64,000 nucleotides of DNA from Octopus bimaculoides (taxonomy: Eukaryota). The translations under genes and the position numbers were made by a program. The stretch's first letter is position 1. Every line of letters begins with the position of its first letter. The notes below the pieces were generated by a model. It saw nothing but the letters and a program-made list of their open reading frames with translations. It had not been told where the DNA came from and did no database searches. Positions 1-12,561 of the stretch are shown here, piece by piece. The stretch is taken from the NCBI RefSeq assembly GCF_001194135.2, contig NC_068981.1, positions 46,031,561 to 46,095,560 on the forward strand. Direction: 5' to 3'.

Positions 1-5
1 TAGCT

Positions 6-44
<39 letters not shown>

Positions 45-326
45 NNNNNNNNNNNNNNNNNNNNNNNNNNNNNNNNNNNNNNNNNNNNNNNNNNNNNNNN
101 NNNNNNNNNNNNNNNNNNNNNNNNNNNNNNNNNNNNNNNNNNNNNNNNNNNNNNNNNNNNNNNNNNNNNNNNNNNNNNNNNNNNNNNNNNNNNNNNNNNN
201 NNNNNNNNNNNNNNNNNNNNNNNNNNNNNNNNNNNNNNNNNNNNNNNNNNNNNNNNNNNNNNNNNNNNNNNNNNNNNNNNNNNNNNNNNNNNNNNNNNNN
301 NNNNNNTATATACATTCGTTCTGTTC

Positions 327-687
327 TTTTGTCTTTTATCGTTTTACTTCTTTCAGTTATTTGACTGCAACCGTGCTGAGGCACCGCGTTTTTCATCGAA
401 CAAATCGCCCCCAGGACTTACTCTATCGGTCCTTTCGCCGAAGCGCAAACTTACGGGGACCTAAACACACCAGCATCAGTTGTTAAGCGATGGTGGTGGG
501 ACAAACATACCCAAACAAACACATAGACACACGCACATATATGTATACGACGGGTTTCTTTCAGTTTCCATCTACCAAATCCACACGAGTCTATAGTAGA
601 AGTCCCTTTCCGAAGGTGCCACGCAGTGGAACTGAACCCGGAACCATCTGGATGGTAAGCAAGCTAGTTAACACACTGTCACTCCTG
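327..687 (-). mobile_element. tRNA-derived SINE, family A (CORE-like; resembles octopus OR2-type), near full length
   Basis: The minus strand reads CAGGAGTGACAGTGTGTTAACTAGCTTGCTTACCATCCAGATGGTTCCGGGTTCAGTTCCACTGCGTGGCACCTT (A/B-box-like head), then an internal TA/CA repeat, then a 3' half. It is homologous to the copies at 5.4-5.8 kb and 35.3-35.9 kb. The OR2/CORE name is from memory. Confidence 0.85.
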
Positions 688-3278
688 AGAGAGAAAGAAC
701 ATGAGACAAAGAGGGGGAGAGAGAGATACAGGCAGACAGAAACCGTGATACAAACATGTATGCATTTTTTTGTCGTCTTTGTCATCGTGGTCACATTGAC
801 TTTCTCTTTCTCTCCCTCACTCGCGCTCTCTGTCATGCCCAGTCTCCTTGTCGTTCCCGTTTAACGTCTCTCGTCTCTCAAATAATTAACCTATTTAAAT
901 AAGTAAACCATGAGCGATGAAAGGGTAAATAGCTCTTTGTTTTTCGAAATTAGCTTTGAAACTCTTTTGGAAACATTTCAATAGTTCCCACTAAAAGATA
1001 CTTCCTAACACAACACAGCTTTGCAAGGTAGAAGTCATTGTAGCAGACTTCTCTTGCAGTATTTGTGTAAATGCATGGTGTTTTACATTTACACGTTAAT
1101 ACTTATACACATACTAGGCGCTTAGATGAAAGCATGAAAATGCACTAGGCAAAGATGTGTGTACTATACATAAAAGAAGATACATGTTTCGTTGATTTAA
1201 CCTAGAGTTGCTTTGAGGAAAGGTATATATGTTGCGATCGAATGTAAATGAGACGAAGTTATAATTTCAAGCAATCAACGAATATTGCAATACCATTTAT
1301 GAAATAATATATTTTCAGAAAACAAACAGACACCTATTTCAACATAGCCATTTTTTACGTTGTTGCATATATGCGGAAAAAAAATTGAAAATATCTAAAT
1401 CGTATGCGTTTCCCTAATTAGTACAAAATGAACAAAGAGAAAAAGCTAGTAGACACTGCATCACGTATGTACAACATAGGCAATGACAATTTTATAAAAT
1501 AATCAACGGTATAAAGAGAAAGTAAATGAACAATGAGCGACGAGTGCGATCGAAAGGTCGGAGAAGATAATATCTAGTAATCAGCAATTCTCCAGAATTA
1601 ATATGCCATTAAGTAAAATGGAGTTAGTTTTACTTTTTTTCTGGAGACAAGAAGACAGCTGTTGGCGTGTGTATTAGTCTCAAGACGTCAAAAGTACGGC
1701 AATTGTTCTACCTTGACTCCACTTAGATATCATGCTTGGGTATGCAAAGAAATAGTGAAAGATATTAATAGTCTAGAACAATTTGAATGATTGAAATAAA
1801 ATTAATGCAATGGCATGAATCTGGACGAGAAATACATTGAAATATATACAAAATAACATATGAATAGTATGTCTAATGTATCATGTCCGCATGTAATATA
1901 TTCACACAGCCATGACAAGCGAAACCTACTAGAAAATTATTTTAAAAGTTGTTACATTTTCAATCAATATATTCCCATACATTTTTTATTATTCCAATCT
2001 AATAATAATTAAATATGAAATTGAATCGCATCAGTGTGCAGTAAATTTTGATAAGCGAGTTGGCTACGTTACAGGCAATTTATACACGGTGGGAGAAATG
2101 TTACTGTCTAGAACAGCCGCAAAATACATCAATCCAAAAAGATGACGAAAATACTGCAGACTAAGCATGAATCCAATATGAAACATCGAATACTGCTGCA
2201 ACACCCTTAAAACAATGATAAACACTTGATCCTATATAAGGAGAAATCGATAATGTAAGTGTGCTGAAGTTAGAAATATAGGCGTGTCTGTGAAATTAAA
2301 AAAAAAAGTAGGTGGAGCTGTTTCAAGTGGAAGTGGGTGTTGAAGAAAAACAAATACAAAAATGTATAACGATAAGAAAATTACACTGGTAGAGAAATTA
2401 TGAAGCCAAAGTGCTATGATACGCAACAGATATGAGTATAATATATATTTATGACGATTTGCTTAATTTCTTTTTCTTTACGTTTTGAGGAAGAGCAAGA
2501 AAAGTTTTATATTTGAGGAAATGATTTCATTGTGGAAACTGAATATAGAATTACCATAAATAAAATCTTAGTGTTCCTGTAAACAATATGCAGCAATGTG
2601 AGATAACAGATGGGAACAGTGAGATTGATAAAACTGACGTTGAATATAAAGATAGTTCAAATGAATTAGCAATAGATTCAAACATTTATCTCTCAATTTA
2701 GGAGTGTACGAAACCGTGTAATCCATATTTATATGTCTGTCATTTATGTATATGCAACTCATCAAATGGCAACTCATCAAAAGTATATCTGTATATATGC
2801 GCGTTTGTAAGTATATATGTATATATATATATGTGTGTGTGTGTATGTATGTGTGTGTGTGTGTGAATATACTTAAACACGCATATATCAATGCGCGTAT
2901 ATGTGTTCTGTTCCGCAAAGCAGTAGATAATAAAATTACTGCATCAGCATTCGCAATACATATATAATTTTCTTGTTTTCACATACCAGCAATACTTACG
3001 AGAGTAGCTCAAGTAGCTGAAAAAAACAGATTTTAGAAATGTATTGCTCGGGGCACATAAATCGAAATAAATTTAGAAGTCCTGTTCTACAAAGGTGCAG
3101 GTCTATCACAGTGTTGTGGTTAATGTAATACGCGCCTGCAACTAATTCGTAGCTGTTTCATCAGCTTTCACGCGTTCATATGCATCCCATTACAGTCTCT
3201 CATATACGAACAGACAATTTATGAGTTACCGGAGAAAAATGTCTCGAATAGTTTATGTAAAAATCTTGCCAAAGCTAA

Positions 3279-3442
3279 CCTCACCTGTGCTAGTGCCACG
3301 TAAAAATCACCAAGACTCCTCTGCAGAGTGGTTCGTGTTAGGAAGGGCGTCCAGTCGTAAAAACCGTTGCAAATTAGACACACTAGCTTGGAGTCCTACT
3401 CATGCATGCATGCATGGAAGACGGACGTTTAAAGATGATGAT
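3279..3442 (+). mobile_element. 3' part of a retroposon (SINE/LINE tail) ending in (GAT)n
   Basis: TGCTAGTGCCACGTAAAAA...GTTAGGAAGGGCGTCCAGTCGTAAAAACC...GGAAGACGGACGTTTAAAGATGATGAT. The AGGAAGGGCRTCCAG motif and GAT tail resemble an invertebrate retroposon 3' end that I recall. Single copy in this window. Confidence 0.55.
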
Positions 3443-3609
3443 TTTGTATGTATGAATGTATGTATCTATATAAGAATGTATGTAAGTATGTCATTATTAA
3501 GTTTATTTCAAAAATTCTTGCCAGTCGAGAAAGAATTGGCTTCTAACGTAGATTCAAAGCTCATTCATTGGAATTTCAAAACCAACAACAGGGTATTTTT
3601 GTATGTATG

Positions 3610-3690
3610 TAAGTAAAGTTTTGTATGTTTTATATATGTGTGTATGTATGTATGTATATATGTATGTATGTATGTATATATGTAGGTATG
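3610..3690. repeat. Imperfect (TATG)n/(TA)n microsatellite
   Basis: Direct reading. Confidence 0.9.
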
Positions 3691-4167
3691 TATGTGCAGT
3701 TTTGCATGTTTTATATATGTATTATCATGCATATACTTGCATAACTAGAACTAGACATGCTCATATATATCTAAATGATAAACTTCTGGAAAGTTTTACA
3801 ATTTTTTACAATTCCAGTGATGGATTGGATCTGTAGTATTCGAATTAGCTTTCTCCCTTCTGGTTTAAAGAAGGCTAATTTCTGAAGATTGGTNNNNNNN
3901 NNNNNNNNNNNNNNNNNNNNNNNNNNNNNNNNNNNNNNNNNNNNNNNNNNNNNNNNNNNNNNNNNNNNNNNNNNNNNNNNNNNNNNNNNNNNNNNNNNNN
4001 NNNNNNNNNNNNNNNNNNNNNNNNNNNNNNNNNNNNNNNNNNNNNNNNNNNNNNNNNNNNNNNNNNNNNNNNNNNNNNNNNNNNNNNNNNNNNNNNNNNN
4101 NNNNNNNNNNNNNNNNNNNNNNNNNNNNNNNNNNNNNNNNNNNNNNNNNNNNNNNNNNNNNNNNNNN

Positions 4168-4200
<33 letters not shown>

Positions 4201-4383
4201 CATACTTTGGACAAATACCTCACAGTGCGTTGCTACCTGTTATGGTCACATTCCTGCATAATCATATGAGGTGGTTATACATGTGCAAATCCTTATTATC
4301 TTATTTTCTTATTATTATCATTCTTCTCTCCTTCCTCTTCTTCTTCGCTCCCTTCTTTTTTCAGTTTTAACAATTTGCTGCAT

Positions 4384-4518
4384 TCTTCTTCTTCTTCTTC
4401 TTCTTCTTCTTCTTCTTCTTCTTCTTCTTCTTCTTCTTCTTCTTCTTCTTCTTCTTCTTCTTCTTCTTCTTCTTCTTCTTCTTCTTCTTCTTCTTCTTCT
4501 TCTTCTTCTTCTTCTTCT
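4384..4518. repeat. (CTT)n microsatellite, ~45 units
   Basis: Direct reading. Confidence 0.98.
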
Positions 4519-4551
4519 TTTTTTTACTCAGGCTCACTATACTTGTCTTTA

Positions 4552-4659
4552 ATTGTTGTCTGCTGCATTGTTTTCTACATTCTTCTCGGCTTGAATAAGA
4601 ATGCCCTAGGAATTCTTACATTTTTCCGACTCTAGCAAACTTTCGACAAGATGTTCAAA
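4552..4659 (-). mobile_element. R4/Dong-clade LINE fragment (start of REL endonuclease region), dead
   Basis: The minus strand translates FEHLVESLLESEKCKNS*GILIQAEKNVENNAAD. This is a gap-free 108-bp paralogue of 5046-5153 and matches the EH.PESVLENE.CKILWDF.IQTD pattern of R4-type elements. Confidence 0.7.
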
Positions 4660-4744
4660 TTAACTCAGGTCCGGTCTTATTCCTGGCAGGATTTATGTGG
4701 GTAGCACTTTACTACTAGTGACCTTATTTATCCACAAGCTTTCA

Positions 4745-5322
4745 GTAATCTATCAAGTGCTTAGAGCACTACTGATAATATTTCCTGTCCCTAAGAGGTA
4801 ACCTTCCTCTAGATGCTTTACAGGACATTCTATTCCAATCTACTTCAACCATTTTGCTATATGCTTACTTAATCCCCAATACAATAATTATTAAGAAGAC
4901 ATTTACACTTTTAATATTTCAAATTCTGGCTTGTTTACATTTTAATGGAATGTTTGTATTTTTATGTTTCGTGTTTTTTGTACACGATCCTCGAATCAAA
5001 TGGACATAATGGATCAATTTATAAGCAAATTCACTTTCCTTGTCTATTGTTGTCTGCTGTATTATTTTCTACTTTCTTCTCCGTTTCAGTAGAAAAATCC
5101 CACAAATTCTTACATTTTTCCGACTCCAGCACACTTTCGACCAGATGTTCAAACAATGTGTCTCTAAATTAATATACCCCATTTCTGGCTCAGTTTCCAG
5201 TGTAAAACATGTACAACTTGATCATGCCCCCATTTCTTATATTCCTCCTGTGCCAACTTCGGAAATTTTCCAATAATATGTGCTAGAGTCCTGTTTCAAA
5301 TTACGAAGGTTCTACATTTTTC
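4745..5322 (-). mobile_element. R4/Dong-clade LINE 3' fragment (CCHC knuckle + REL endonuclease), dead
   Basis: Minus-strand pieces across frameshifts: KCR...LAHIIGKFPKLAQEEYKKWGHDQVVHVLHWKLSQKWG; FEHLVESVLESEKCKNLWDFSTETEKKVENNTAD; IDPLCPFDSRIVYKK. Confidence 0.8.
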
Positions 5323-5344
5323 TTACACATCATCCACATATAGG

Positions 5345-5500
5345 CAGATATACATATATGACGGGCTTCTTTCAATTTCCGTCTACCAAATCCTCTCAAA
5401 ACGCTTTGGTCGGCTAGAAGCTATAGTAGAAGACACTTGCCCAAGTTGTCACGCCATGGTACTAAACCCGCAACCATGTGATTCGTAAGCAAGCTACTTA
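5345..5500 (-). mobile_element. SINE family A, 5' half only (left arm of fold-back)
   Basis: The minus strand reads TAAGTAGCTTGCTTACGAATCACATGGTTGCGGGTTTAGT...GGGCAAGTGTCTTCTACTATAG...GAAAGAAGCCCGTC and stops at the internal TA repeat. Confidence 0.85.
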
Positions 5501-5501
5501 C

Positions 5502-5858
5502 GGTTCCGGGTTTAGTCCAACAGCGTGACAACTTGGGAATGTGTCTTCTACTATACCCTCAGGCCAACCAAAGCCTTCTATGTGGATTTGGTAGACGGAA
5601 ACTGAAAGAAGCCGTCTTGCATGTATAAGTGCGTGTGTATATGCTTTTTTTGTGTGTGTCCCAACATCGCTTGACAACCTAAGCTGTTGTGTTTACGTAC
5701 CCGTAACTTAGCGGTTCGGCAAAAGCGACCGGTACAATAAGTACTATGCTTACAAAGAATAATCCTGGTGACAATTTTCTCGACTATAGGCGATGCTTCA
5801 GTAGGGCCACAGTCAAAATGACTGAAACAAGTAAATGGAAAAGGGAGAGCGTAAAAGG
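5502..5858 (+). mobile_element. SINE family A lacking its A-box head (right arm of fold-back plus full 3' half)
   Basis: GGTTCCGGGTTTAGT...GTGTCTTCTACTATA...GGATTTGGTAGACGGAAACTGAAAGAAGCC...GTAACTTAGCGGTTCGGCAAAAG...AGTCAAAATGACTGAAACAAGTAAA. Colinear with the reverse complement of 35321-35947. Confidence 0.88.
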
Positions 5859-5861
5859 ATA

Positions 5862-7610
5862 TATTATCATCATGTTATTTTTTCAACTTTCTTCAAATTG
5901 TCTTCCATTTCTCGAGGAGTGTTTTCCCTACACAGGTAAAATTTGTAATTAGAAAAAAAAATAAATAAAAATATAAATTCATGAATGGATGTTGTTTTCA
6001 CAGCGATAATGCTCTTCTCAGTACATGAGTCATTCTAGTTAACACGATTTTTTGCATTTCCTGTAGGGATGGTAGGCCTGGTATCATTTTCAAATAGGTT
6101 TCGTACCATTTTTCATCATTCCTAGATATCCTACAATCACTGGTACGGTAGTCGCTTTGAGATGCCGTAGTTTTTTTCAGTTTCTATTAGCAAGTCTTTT
6201 TACTGATCTTGTCAAATTTTTTCGCCGCTATATTGTGATCGTAAGGAATACTAATGTCAATTAATAAACACTCATCTTTTTTGTTTGATCTTCTATAATA
6301 ATATCCGATTTATTAGCTTTTATAGTTTTGTCGGTATGTACGGATAAGTCCCAGAGAATCAACACATTTTCTCCCTCAGTCACAGTTTCAGGATGGTGTT
6401 TATACAATTTCTCAGCGGTTTTGATTTTATAATGACGATATATTGCACGTATAAATACTGGCCGACTCTGTCATGTCTTGCTTTATATTCTACAGGTGCT
6501 AATAATCTACACCCTGAGATTAGGTGGTCTGTAGTTTCAATCACATCGGCATTTTGAGTCAGCTCCATTCTTTTATCACATTGGCTTGGTAGTTCCGGGT
6601 TAATAAGCTTTGGTCTCGAGCAGCTAATATGAAACCTTCGCTCTCTGCTTTTAGCCCTGAACTTCGTAACCACTGATGAATCAGCTTGTTTGCTACGAGC
6701 CACATACTTGCCATGCAGAGGTTTCTGTTCCCATCTGCTAGCTAATTTTTCATGTGCTTTTCTCTTTGTAATTAATTTTATTTTCTTTGCAGCAGTAGTT
6801 GACGCATTTCCTTCAACATGATCATTCAGGTAGGCATGTAAGAGATCCGTAGCGAATTGAGTGTTCTCTTTCAGAATAGAGTGAAGTTTTTTTTCGGTCT
6901 TACATGTTTTTCTAACACGTTGAAGCATCCATTCGTTGGTTGTTTCAAGGTATTTGGCCATTCCAATTGTGATAGCTTTGTACGTAAGTTCAAGCTGGAT
7001 CAAGCCTCGACTTCCCTGAGCTCTGGGAAGTTTAAGGCGGTTTACGTCTTCCTTTGGATGGTGCATATTATTACAAGTCAGTAGCTTACGGAATTTTCTT
7101 TCAGTTTTCATTATTTCAAGCTCTTCATCATCTTTGCCATATAGTTTTAAATCAGCCATATAAAATAGATGTCGTTTTTCCTGTTGTCAATTTTTTAGCT
7201 ATACACTGTTTTATTCAGTTCACTTGAGAGTGGTTTTAGTACTATGCAGAAAATTAGTGGTGAAAATGAGTCACCTTGGAAAATGCCACAGTTTATGCTA
7301 AAAGTGTTTGAGCGCAATACTACATTAGTGTGATATAATTGCAGTTTCGTGTTCCATTGTGACATATACTTTAAAGAATCTCAAATCACTGGAGACATTC
7401 TGAAAATGTCCAGCGATATCAGAATCCACGAATGTTGTATGCTGTCAAAGGCTTTTTCTTATAATCAATCCATGAGGAGCTGAGATTTCTGAGCTTGTTA
7501 TGGCAGTTCTCAAGGATCAATCGAATAATTAGGAACTGATCTTTTCATCCGTATGAGCTTCATCTGTATCCTTTTTGTACAGAGCGAAAGAGGTTATTCT
7601 CTTCCATATA
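5862..7610 (-). mobile_element. 5'-truncated R4/Dong-clade non-LTR retrotransposon (RT + CCHC + REL + 3'UTR), frameshifted
   Basis: RT motifs: MEENNLF..QKG (~7600), WIDYKKAFDS (~7441-7474), GIFQGDSFSPLIF (~7260-7292), (Y)MADLKLY (ORF 6380-7159). Then ETTDHLISGC..LA..EYKARHDRV, LWDLSVHTDKTIKANKSDIII, LIDISIPYD, VPVIVGYLG. Stop near 5998, followed by an A-rich 3'UTR. Confidence 0.92.
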
Positions 7611-7637
7611 CGTATATGTTTTCTCCATATATATGTT

Positions 7638-7685
7638 TTATTATTATTATTACCATTATCATTATCATTATTATTATTATTATAA
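7638..7685. repeat. Imperfect (ATT)n tract (TAA-type target)
   Basis: Direct reading. Confidence 0.9.
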
Positions 7686-7689
7686 TCAT

Positions 7690-8246
7690 TAAGTGAGAGA
7701 GCAGTGCATGCCATCAAAATGAAACTGGGGTAAAATATACGAATCCCAATATACCCATGTTTGAATACCCGTCTGATAAGGGTACACCAGGCACATGATT
7801 CACAACCATATGTGTGCGACACGGTGATCTCATATCAAGATAAACAGCGCATGACCTCACAGGTGGGGCCCAGTTAGAATGTTCTTCACGTCGAGTAGCC
7901 CATCCCGCTCAAAAGGTCCCTGAATAAGGTTTGTTTAAGGATGTTGAGCAAAACACCCATGTTTCCAAAGGTAAATTATTCAAACCCCAAATAATTCCTC
8001 TCAACACATGGCTATGATGCTCCCCCACTACTTCTGCGCGTGATTAGAGATGCACATATCGTCAGCCACCAAGGGACATGCTCAACTGGTTAAGGTCAAA
8101 CAACTGACAAGCAAATATGTGGTATTAAGCAGAATATTTGCTGTAGCCCATCTTTTTATACCAAGACAAAAGAATGTACATGATAACACTTCCAATCAAT
8201 TAAGATCAGAAGCCATGAGAGTTATTGCCTGGTACTGCATCAGGGC
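7690..8246 (-). mobile_element. Unclassified ~560-bp interspersed element flanked on both sides by TAA-type tracts
   Basis: Non-coding and more GC-rich than its flanks, bounded by (ATT)n at 7638-7685 and at 8247 onward. A diverged partial second copy lies at 8820-9066. The strand is inferred from the fusion of copy 2 to R4 coding sequence. Confidence 0.6.
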
Positions 8247-8501
<255 letters not shown>

Positions 8502-8699
8502 AGAGCATTGTAGTTCGCTTGAAGCAGTGTGTATTGTTTGTAAAAAATAACAAGTTTAGAAATGTATAACAATGCACTATAGAACAAAAAATGGACTATA
8601 TACCTGTTGTAACTTGGTTATCAATAGTCCGATGATATTTCAGAATTAGTAATCCTTCTTCAGATCTTATTTGCTGGCGTCTCTGCCATCAGCGACTAT

Positions 8700-8820
8700 A
8701 ATCTATTTTGGGAATATACTTGTGTTTTGTCTATGTTGGCTTTTATGCAGTTAGTCCTTAATGTGTGATCTTGTGCAGCTACTACCAAACTTTCTGTCTC
8801 CCTCTTAACGCTTATACTTC
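8700..8820 (-). mobile_element. R4/Dong-clade LINE fragment (region just before the CCHC knuckle)
   Basis: The minus strand translates GSISVKRETESLVVAAQDHTLRTNCIKANIDKTQ, matching the LKRETE.LI.AAQDQALRTN.IKA.ID pattern. Confidence 0.75.
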
Positions 8821-9066
8821 CAAATATGAATTTATCGAACCCAAAATAATTCTTCTCCACACATGGCTTTGATGCTCACCCACTAATTCTGCTCGTGATC
8901 AGAGATACACATATCGTCAGCAACCAAAAGACATGCTCAACTGGCTGAGGTTAAACAGCTAGCAGCTCTCTGGTGTTCAGCAGAATATTTGTTCTTGCCC
9001 ATCAGTTAAGCCAAAAGAAAACATGTATATGATAACATTTTCAATAATTTCAGATCAGATCCTGAG
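8820..9066 (-). mobile_element. Partial second copy of the 7690-8246 element
   Basis: Shares CACATATCGTCAGC..CCAA..GACATGCTCAACTGG, CAGAATATTTG and CATGATAACA-like blocks colinearly with ~7980-8235. Confidence 0.8.
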
Positions 9067-9589
9067 TGCCAGTGTTATACCTACATAGGTACGTACCTAC
9101 CTACCTACCTACACATATGNNNNNNNNNNNNNNNNNNNNNNNNNNNNNNNNNNNNNNNNNNNNNNNNNNNNNNNNNNNNNNNNNNNNNNNNNNNNNNNNN
9201 NNNNNNNNNNNNNNNNNNNNNNNNNNNNNNNNNNNNNNNNNNNNNNNNNNNNNNNNNNNNNNNNNNNNNNNNNNNNNNNNNNNNNNNNNNNNNNNNNNNN
9301 NNNNNNNNNNNNNNNNNNNNNNNNNNNNNNNNNNNNNNNNNNNNNNNNNNNNNNNNNNNNNNNNNNNNNNNNNNNNNNNNNNNNNNNNNNNNNNNNNNNN
9401 NNNNNNNNNNNNNNNNNNNNNNNNNNNNNNNNNNNNNNNNNNNNNNNNNNNNNNNNNNNNNNNNNNNNNNNNNNNNNNNNNNNNNNNNNNNNNNNNNNNN
9501 NNNNNNNNNNNNNNNNNNNNNNNNNNNNNNNNNNNNNNNNNNNNATATATATATATATAAGTATATGATATATATTAAAATTATAAGTG

Positions 9590-10121
9590 TGTTGAAATAT
9601 TACAACACCAGTCTGCTAGAAATAGACCCCAAAAGGTATATGAACCACTTAGATTATTACTACACTATACAATGTTGTAAGCGAGGAAAATAGCCAACGA
9701 AGATTTATTTATAAATTAATTTGGATAGTCGCAAATTTATACATTTAACGGTATGAGTTATAAACTTTTTCCGAAAAAAAGTGGTGACAAACCGAACTTA
9801 AATGAATGAAAAATACACTATACATACCACCATAAGCACAAAACATATACATGTATTTCGCACGTATTCGCGAATTAAAATGCAAGCGCCCATTTCAACA
9901 ATGTGATTATTTACTCAGAATAGTTCTGCAGTAGATATATTAAAGGAGTGAATTAATTAAAAATTGTCAGAGATAAATAAGATAAAATCATTATTTAATG
10001 ACTTATCAGTGGTCAACATACTAAAGATACCATAATGGTTAATTTATATCAAAATCATAATAAGGATGTTGAATGATTGCAACACTAGACTGCTAGAAAT
10101 AGACCCCACAAGGTCTATGAA
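9590..10121 (+). repeat. 55-bp direct repeat pair (9590-9644 and 10067-10121)
   Basis: 48/55 identical with no indels; shared core CTGCTAGAAATAGACCCCA. Confidence 0.85.
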
Positions 10122-10829
10122 ATATATATACATACACCAGTATCAAACTATTAACAGGTATATCATTTTTTTTTCAATTAGCGCAGTGTTTGGTTTTCCT
10201 TATGTGTTTGCTATCTTTTGGAAGTAATTACTATTGAAATTACCGATTGAAGGAATATTATGCGTATAGAGTTAATGTTGCGGGTTAACAAGTGTACTAA
10301 AGCATAATGATTTATGTTTTACTTTGTATTTAATAACATAGGATTTTTGGTTTCATTGCTGTCCCGTCGATGGAAAGGGAAGACTGAGTATTTTGTTAAG
10401 ACCTGTTATCCACAATTATTCATAAATATTATCTCACTTCTGTTTTTCTTGCAAATCACTCCGGGTTTTGTTGACTGTATACCAAAATGCTTTTTCTGTA
10501 ATTCTCTCGGCCACCAAGTTTCTCTATATTATCGTTATAGACCTTAATATGCCATTTGACTTCCAAGTATAGAAAGGTTGTGCAGAAAGTTATAGTTCAA
10601 CTTGGTATATCTAAGAAAATACTTAATATTATTTCATCTCTTTCACAAAGGGTTGAAACATGTTTTAGTTCCGCACCTCCTGATTTAGTAGTTTGAAAAA
10701 TCCTTTAAACATATTTCTGAGGGTGTTGGTATCTAATGTAGATGAAGATGTGTTTATGAAGAGACATTGAAGACGAAAAGGAATACAAGTGATGAATTAG
10801 ATTTTGATTTTTTTTCCCTGAGGCCTATA

Positions 10830-11010
10830 AATCTTTCAGTCTGATGATCATTGTGAAAACATTTAACTTACCTACCATCTAAGACAAGACAATCCATCCG
10901 CCATCGTACATCCGATTTATTTACATATCTTGGCTCCAGAGTGACTAAAGATGGGAATGGTAATATAATTTAAAATAGTCAAAGCTATCTCAGCATTGTC
11001 TCACCTCAGT
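10830..11010 (+). mobile_element. Possible RTE-type RT remnant
   Basis: Only DLFTYLGSRVTKDGNG and a downstream KAISALSHL are readable. FxYLGS is an RT domain-7 motif. Confidence 0.35.
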
Positions 11011-11185
11011 CATGGAATCTGTGTCTCTCATGATGGATTTAATTTATGAAGGCAAATATTAAAATTTGTAAGCCAGTTGTTCTTTCAGCTATTTTAAATG
11101 GTGGTGAGACGTACACATTCTTTTGTCAGCATAAAAACCACCACGACTTGTTTCAAGTATAATGTCTCAGACCACACAGATATAC

Positions 11186-11400
11186 ACACACACACAATTA
11201 CACATACACACACATTCACCCACACACACAATTACACATACACAAACATTCACCCACACACACAATTACACATACACNNNNNNNNNNCACCCACACACAC
11301 AATTACACATACACAAACATTCACCCACACACACAATTACACATACACAAACATTCACCCACACACAATTACACATACACACACATTCACCCACACACAC
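11186..11400. repeat. 34-bp tandem minisatellite CACACACACAATTACACATACACAAACATTCACC, about 6 copies
   Basis: Direct reading; interrupted by a 10-N gap at 11278-11287. Confidence 0.85.
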
Positions 11401-12561
11401 ACACATACACACAAAAGCAAACATCACAAAAGCACACACACACAAAAGTAAACATAGCATCACAAAAAAAAAACACATACACCTGTGAATACACACAAGT
11501 ACACAAAACATAAACACACACAAAAGAAAACATTGCAAAATAATAAACACACACACGTCTGAACACACACACACAAAGACAAACAAACACGCGCACACAA
11601 GTACACACGCACAAGCACACACACGCAAACACACACTCGTATACTCACAGAAACATACACACAAAAGAATACGTTGCAAACACACACACACACACACACA
11701 CACCCACACACATATATATAAACACCTNNNNNNNNNNNNNNNNNNNNNNNNNNNNNNNNNNNNNNNNNNNNNNNNNNNNNNNNNNNNNNNNNNNNNNNNN
11801 NNNNNNNNNNNNNNNNNNNNNNNNNNNNNNNNNNNNNNNNNNNNNNNNNNNNNNNNNNNNNNNNNNNNNNNNNNNNNNNNNNNNNNNNNNNNNNNNNNNN
11901 NNNNNNNNNNNNNNNNNNNNNNNNNNNNNNNNNNNNNNNNNNNNNNNNNNNNNNNNNNNNNNNNNNNNNNNNNNNNNNNNNNNNNNNNNNNNNNNNNNNN
12001 NNNNNNNNNNNNNNNNNNNNNNNNNNNNNNNNNNNNNNNNNNNNNNNNNNNNNNNNNNNNNNNNNNNNNNNNNNNNNNNNNNNNNNNNNNNNNNNNNNNN
12101 NNNNNNNNNNNNNNNNNNNNNNNNNNNNNNNNNNNNNNNNNNNNNNNNNNNNNNNNNNNNNNNNNNNNNNNNNNNNNNNNNNNNNNNNNNNNNNNNNNNN
12201 NNNNNNNNNNNNNNNNNNNNNNNNNNNNNNNNNNNNNNNNNNNNNNNNNNNNNNNNNNNNNNNNNNNNNNNNNNNNNNNNNNNNNNNNNNNNNNNNNNNN
12301 NNNNNNNNNNNNNNNNNNNNNNNNNNNNNNNNNNNNNNNNNNNNNNNNNNNNNNNNNNNNNNNNNNNNNNNNNNNNNNNNNNNNNNNNNNNNNNNNNNNN
12401 NNNNNNNNNNNNNNNNNNNNNNNNNNNNNNNNNNNNNNNNNNNNNNNNNNNNNNNNNNNNNNNNNNNNNNNNNNNNNNNNNNNNNNNNNNNNNNNNNNNN
12501 NNNNNNNNNNNNNNNNNNATATATATATATATATATATATATATACCCACACATATATGTA

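Noticed and set aside
4552-5276. Duplicated plus-strand hydrophobic peptide IVVCCI(V/I)FY(I/F)LL...ILTFFRL that looks like a signal-anchor gene pair
   Set aside because: The opposite strand gives clear R4-type CCHC/REL motifs, so the plus-strand reading is an antisense shadow of LINE fragments.
9590-9625. Helitron 3' end (hairpin followed by CTAG)
   Set aside because: Homology between the two copies continues ~25 bp past CTAG, and the next base is A rather than T, so it is not a terminus.
11186-11400. CRISPR-like 34-bp repeats
   Set aside because: The units are contiguous with no unique spacers, the context is eukaryotic, and there are no cas genes.
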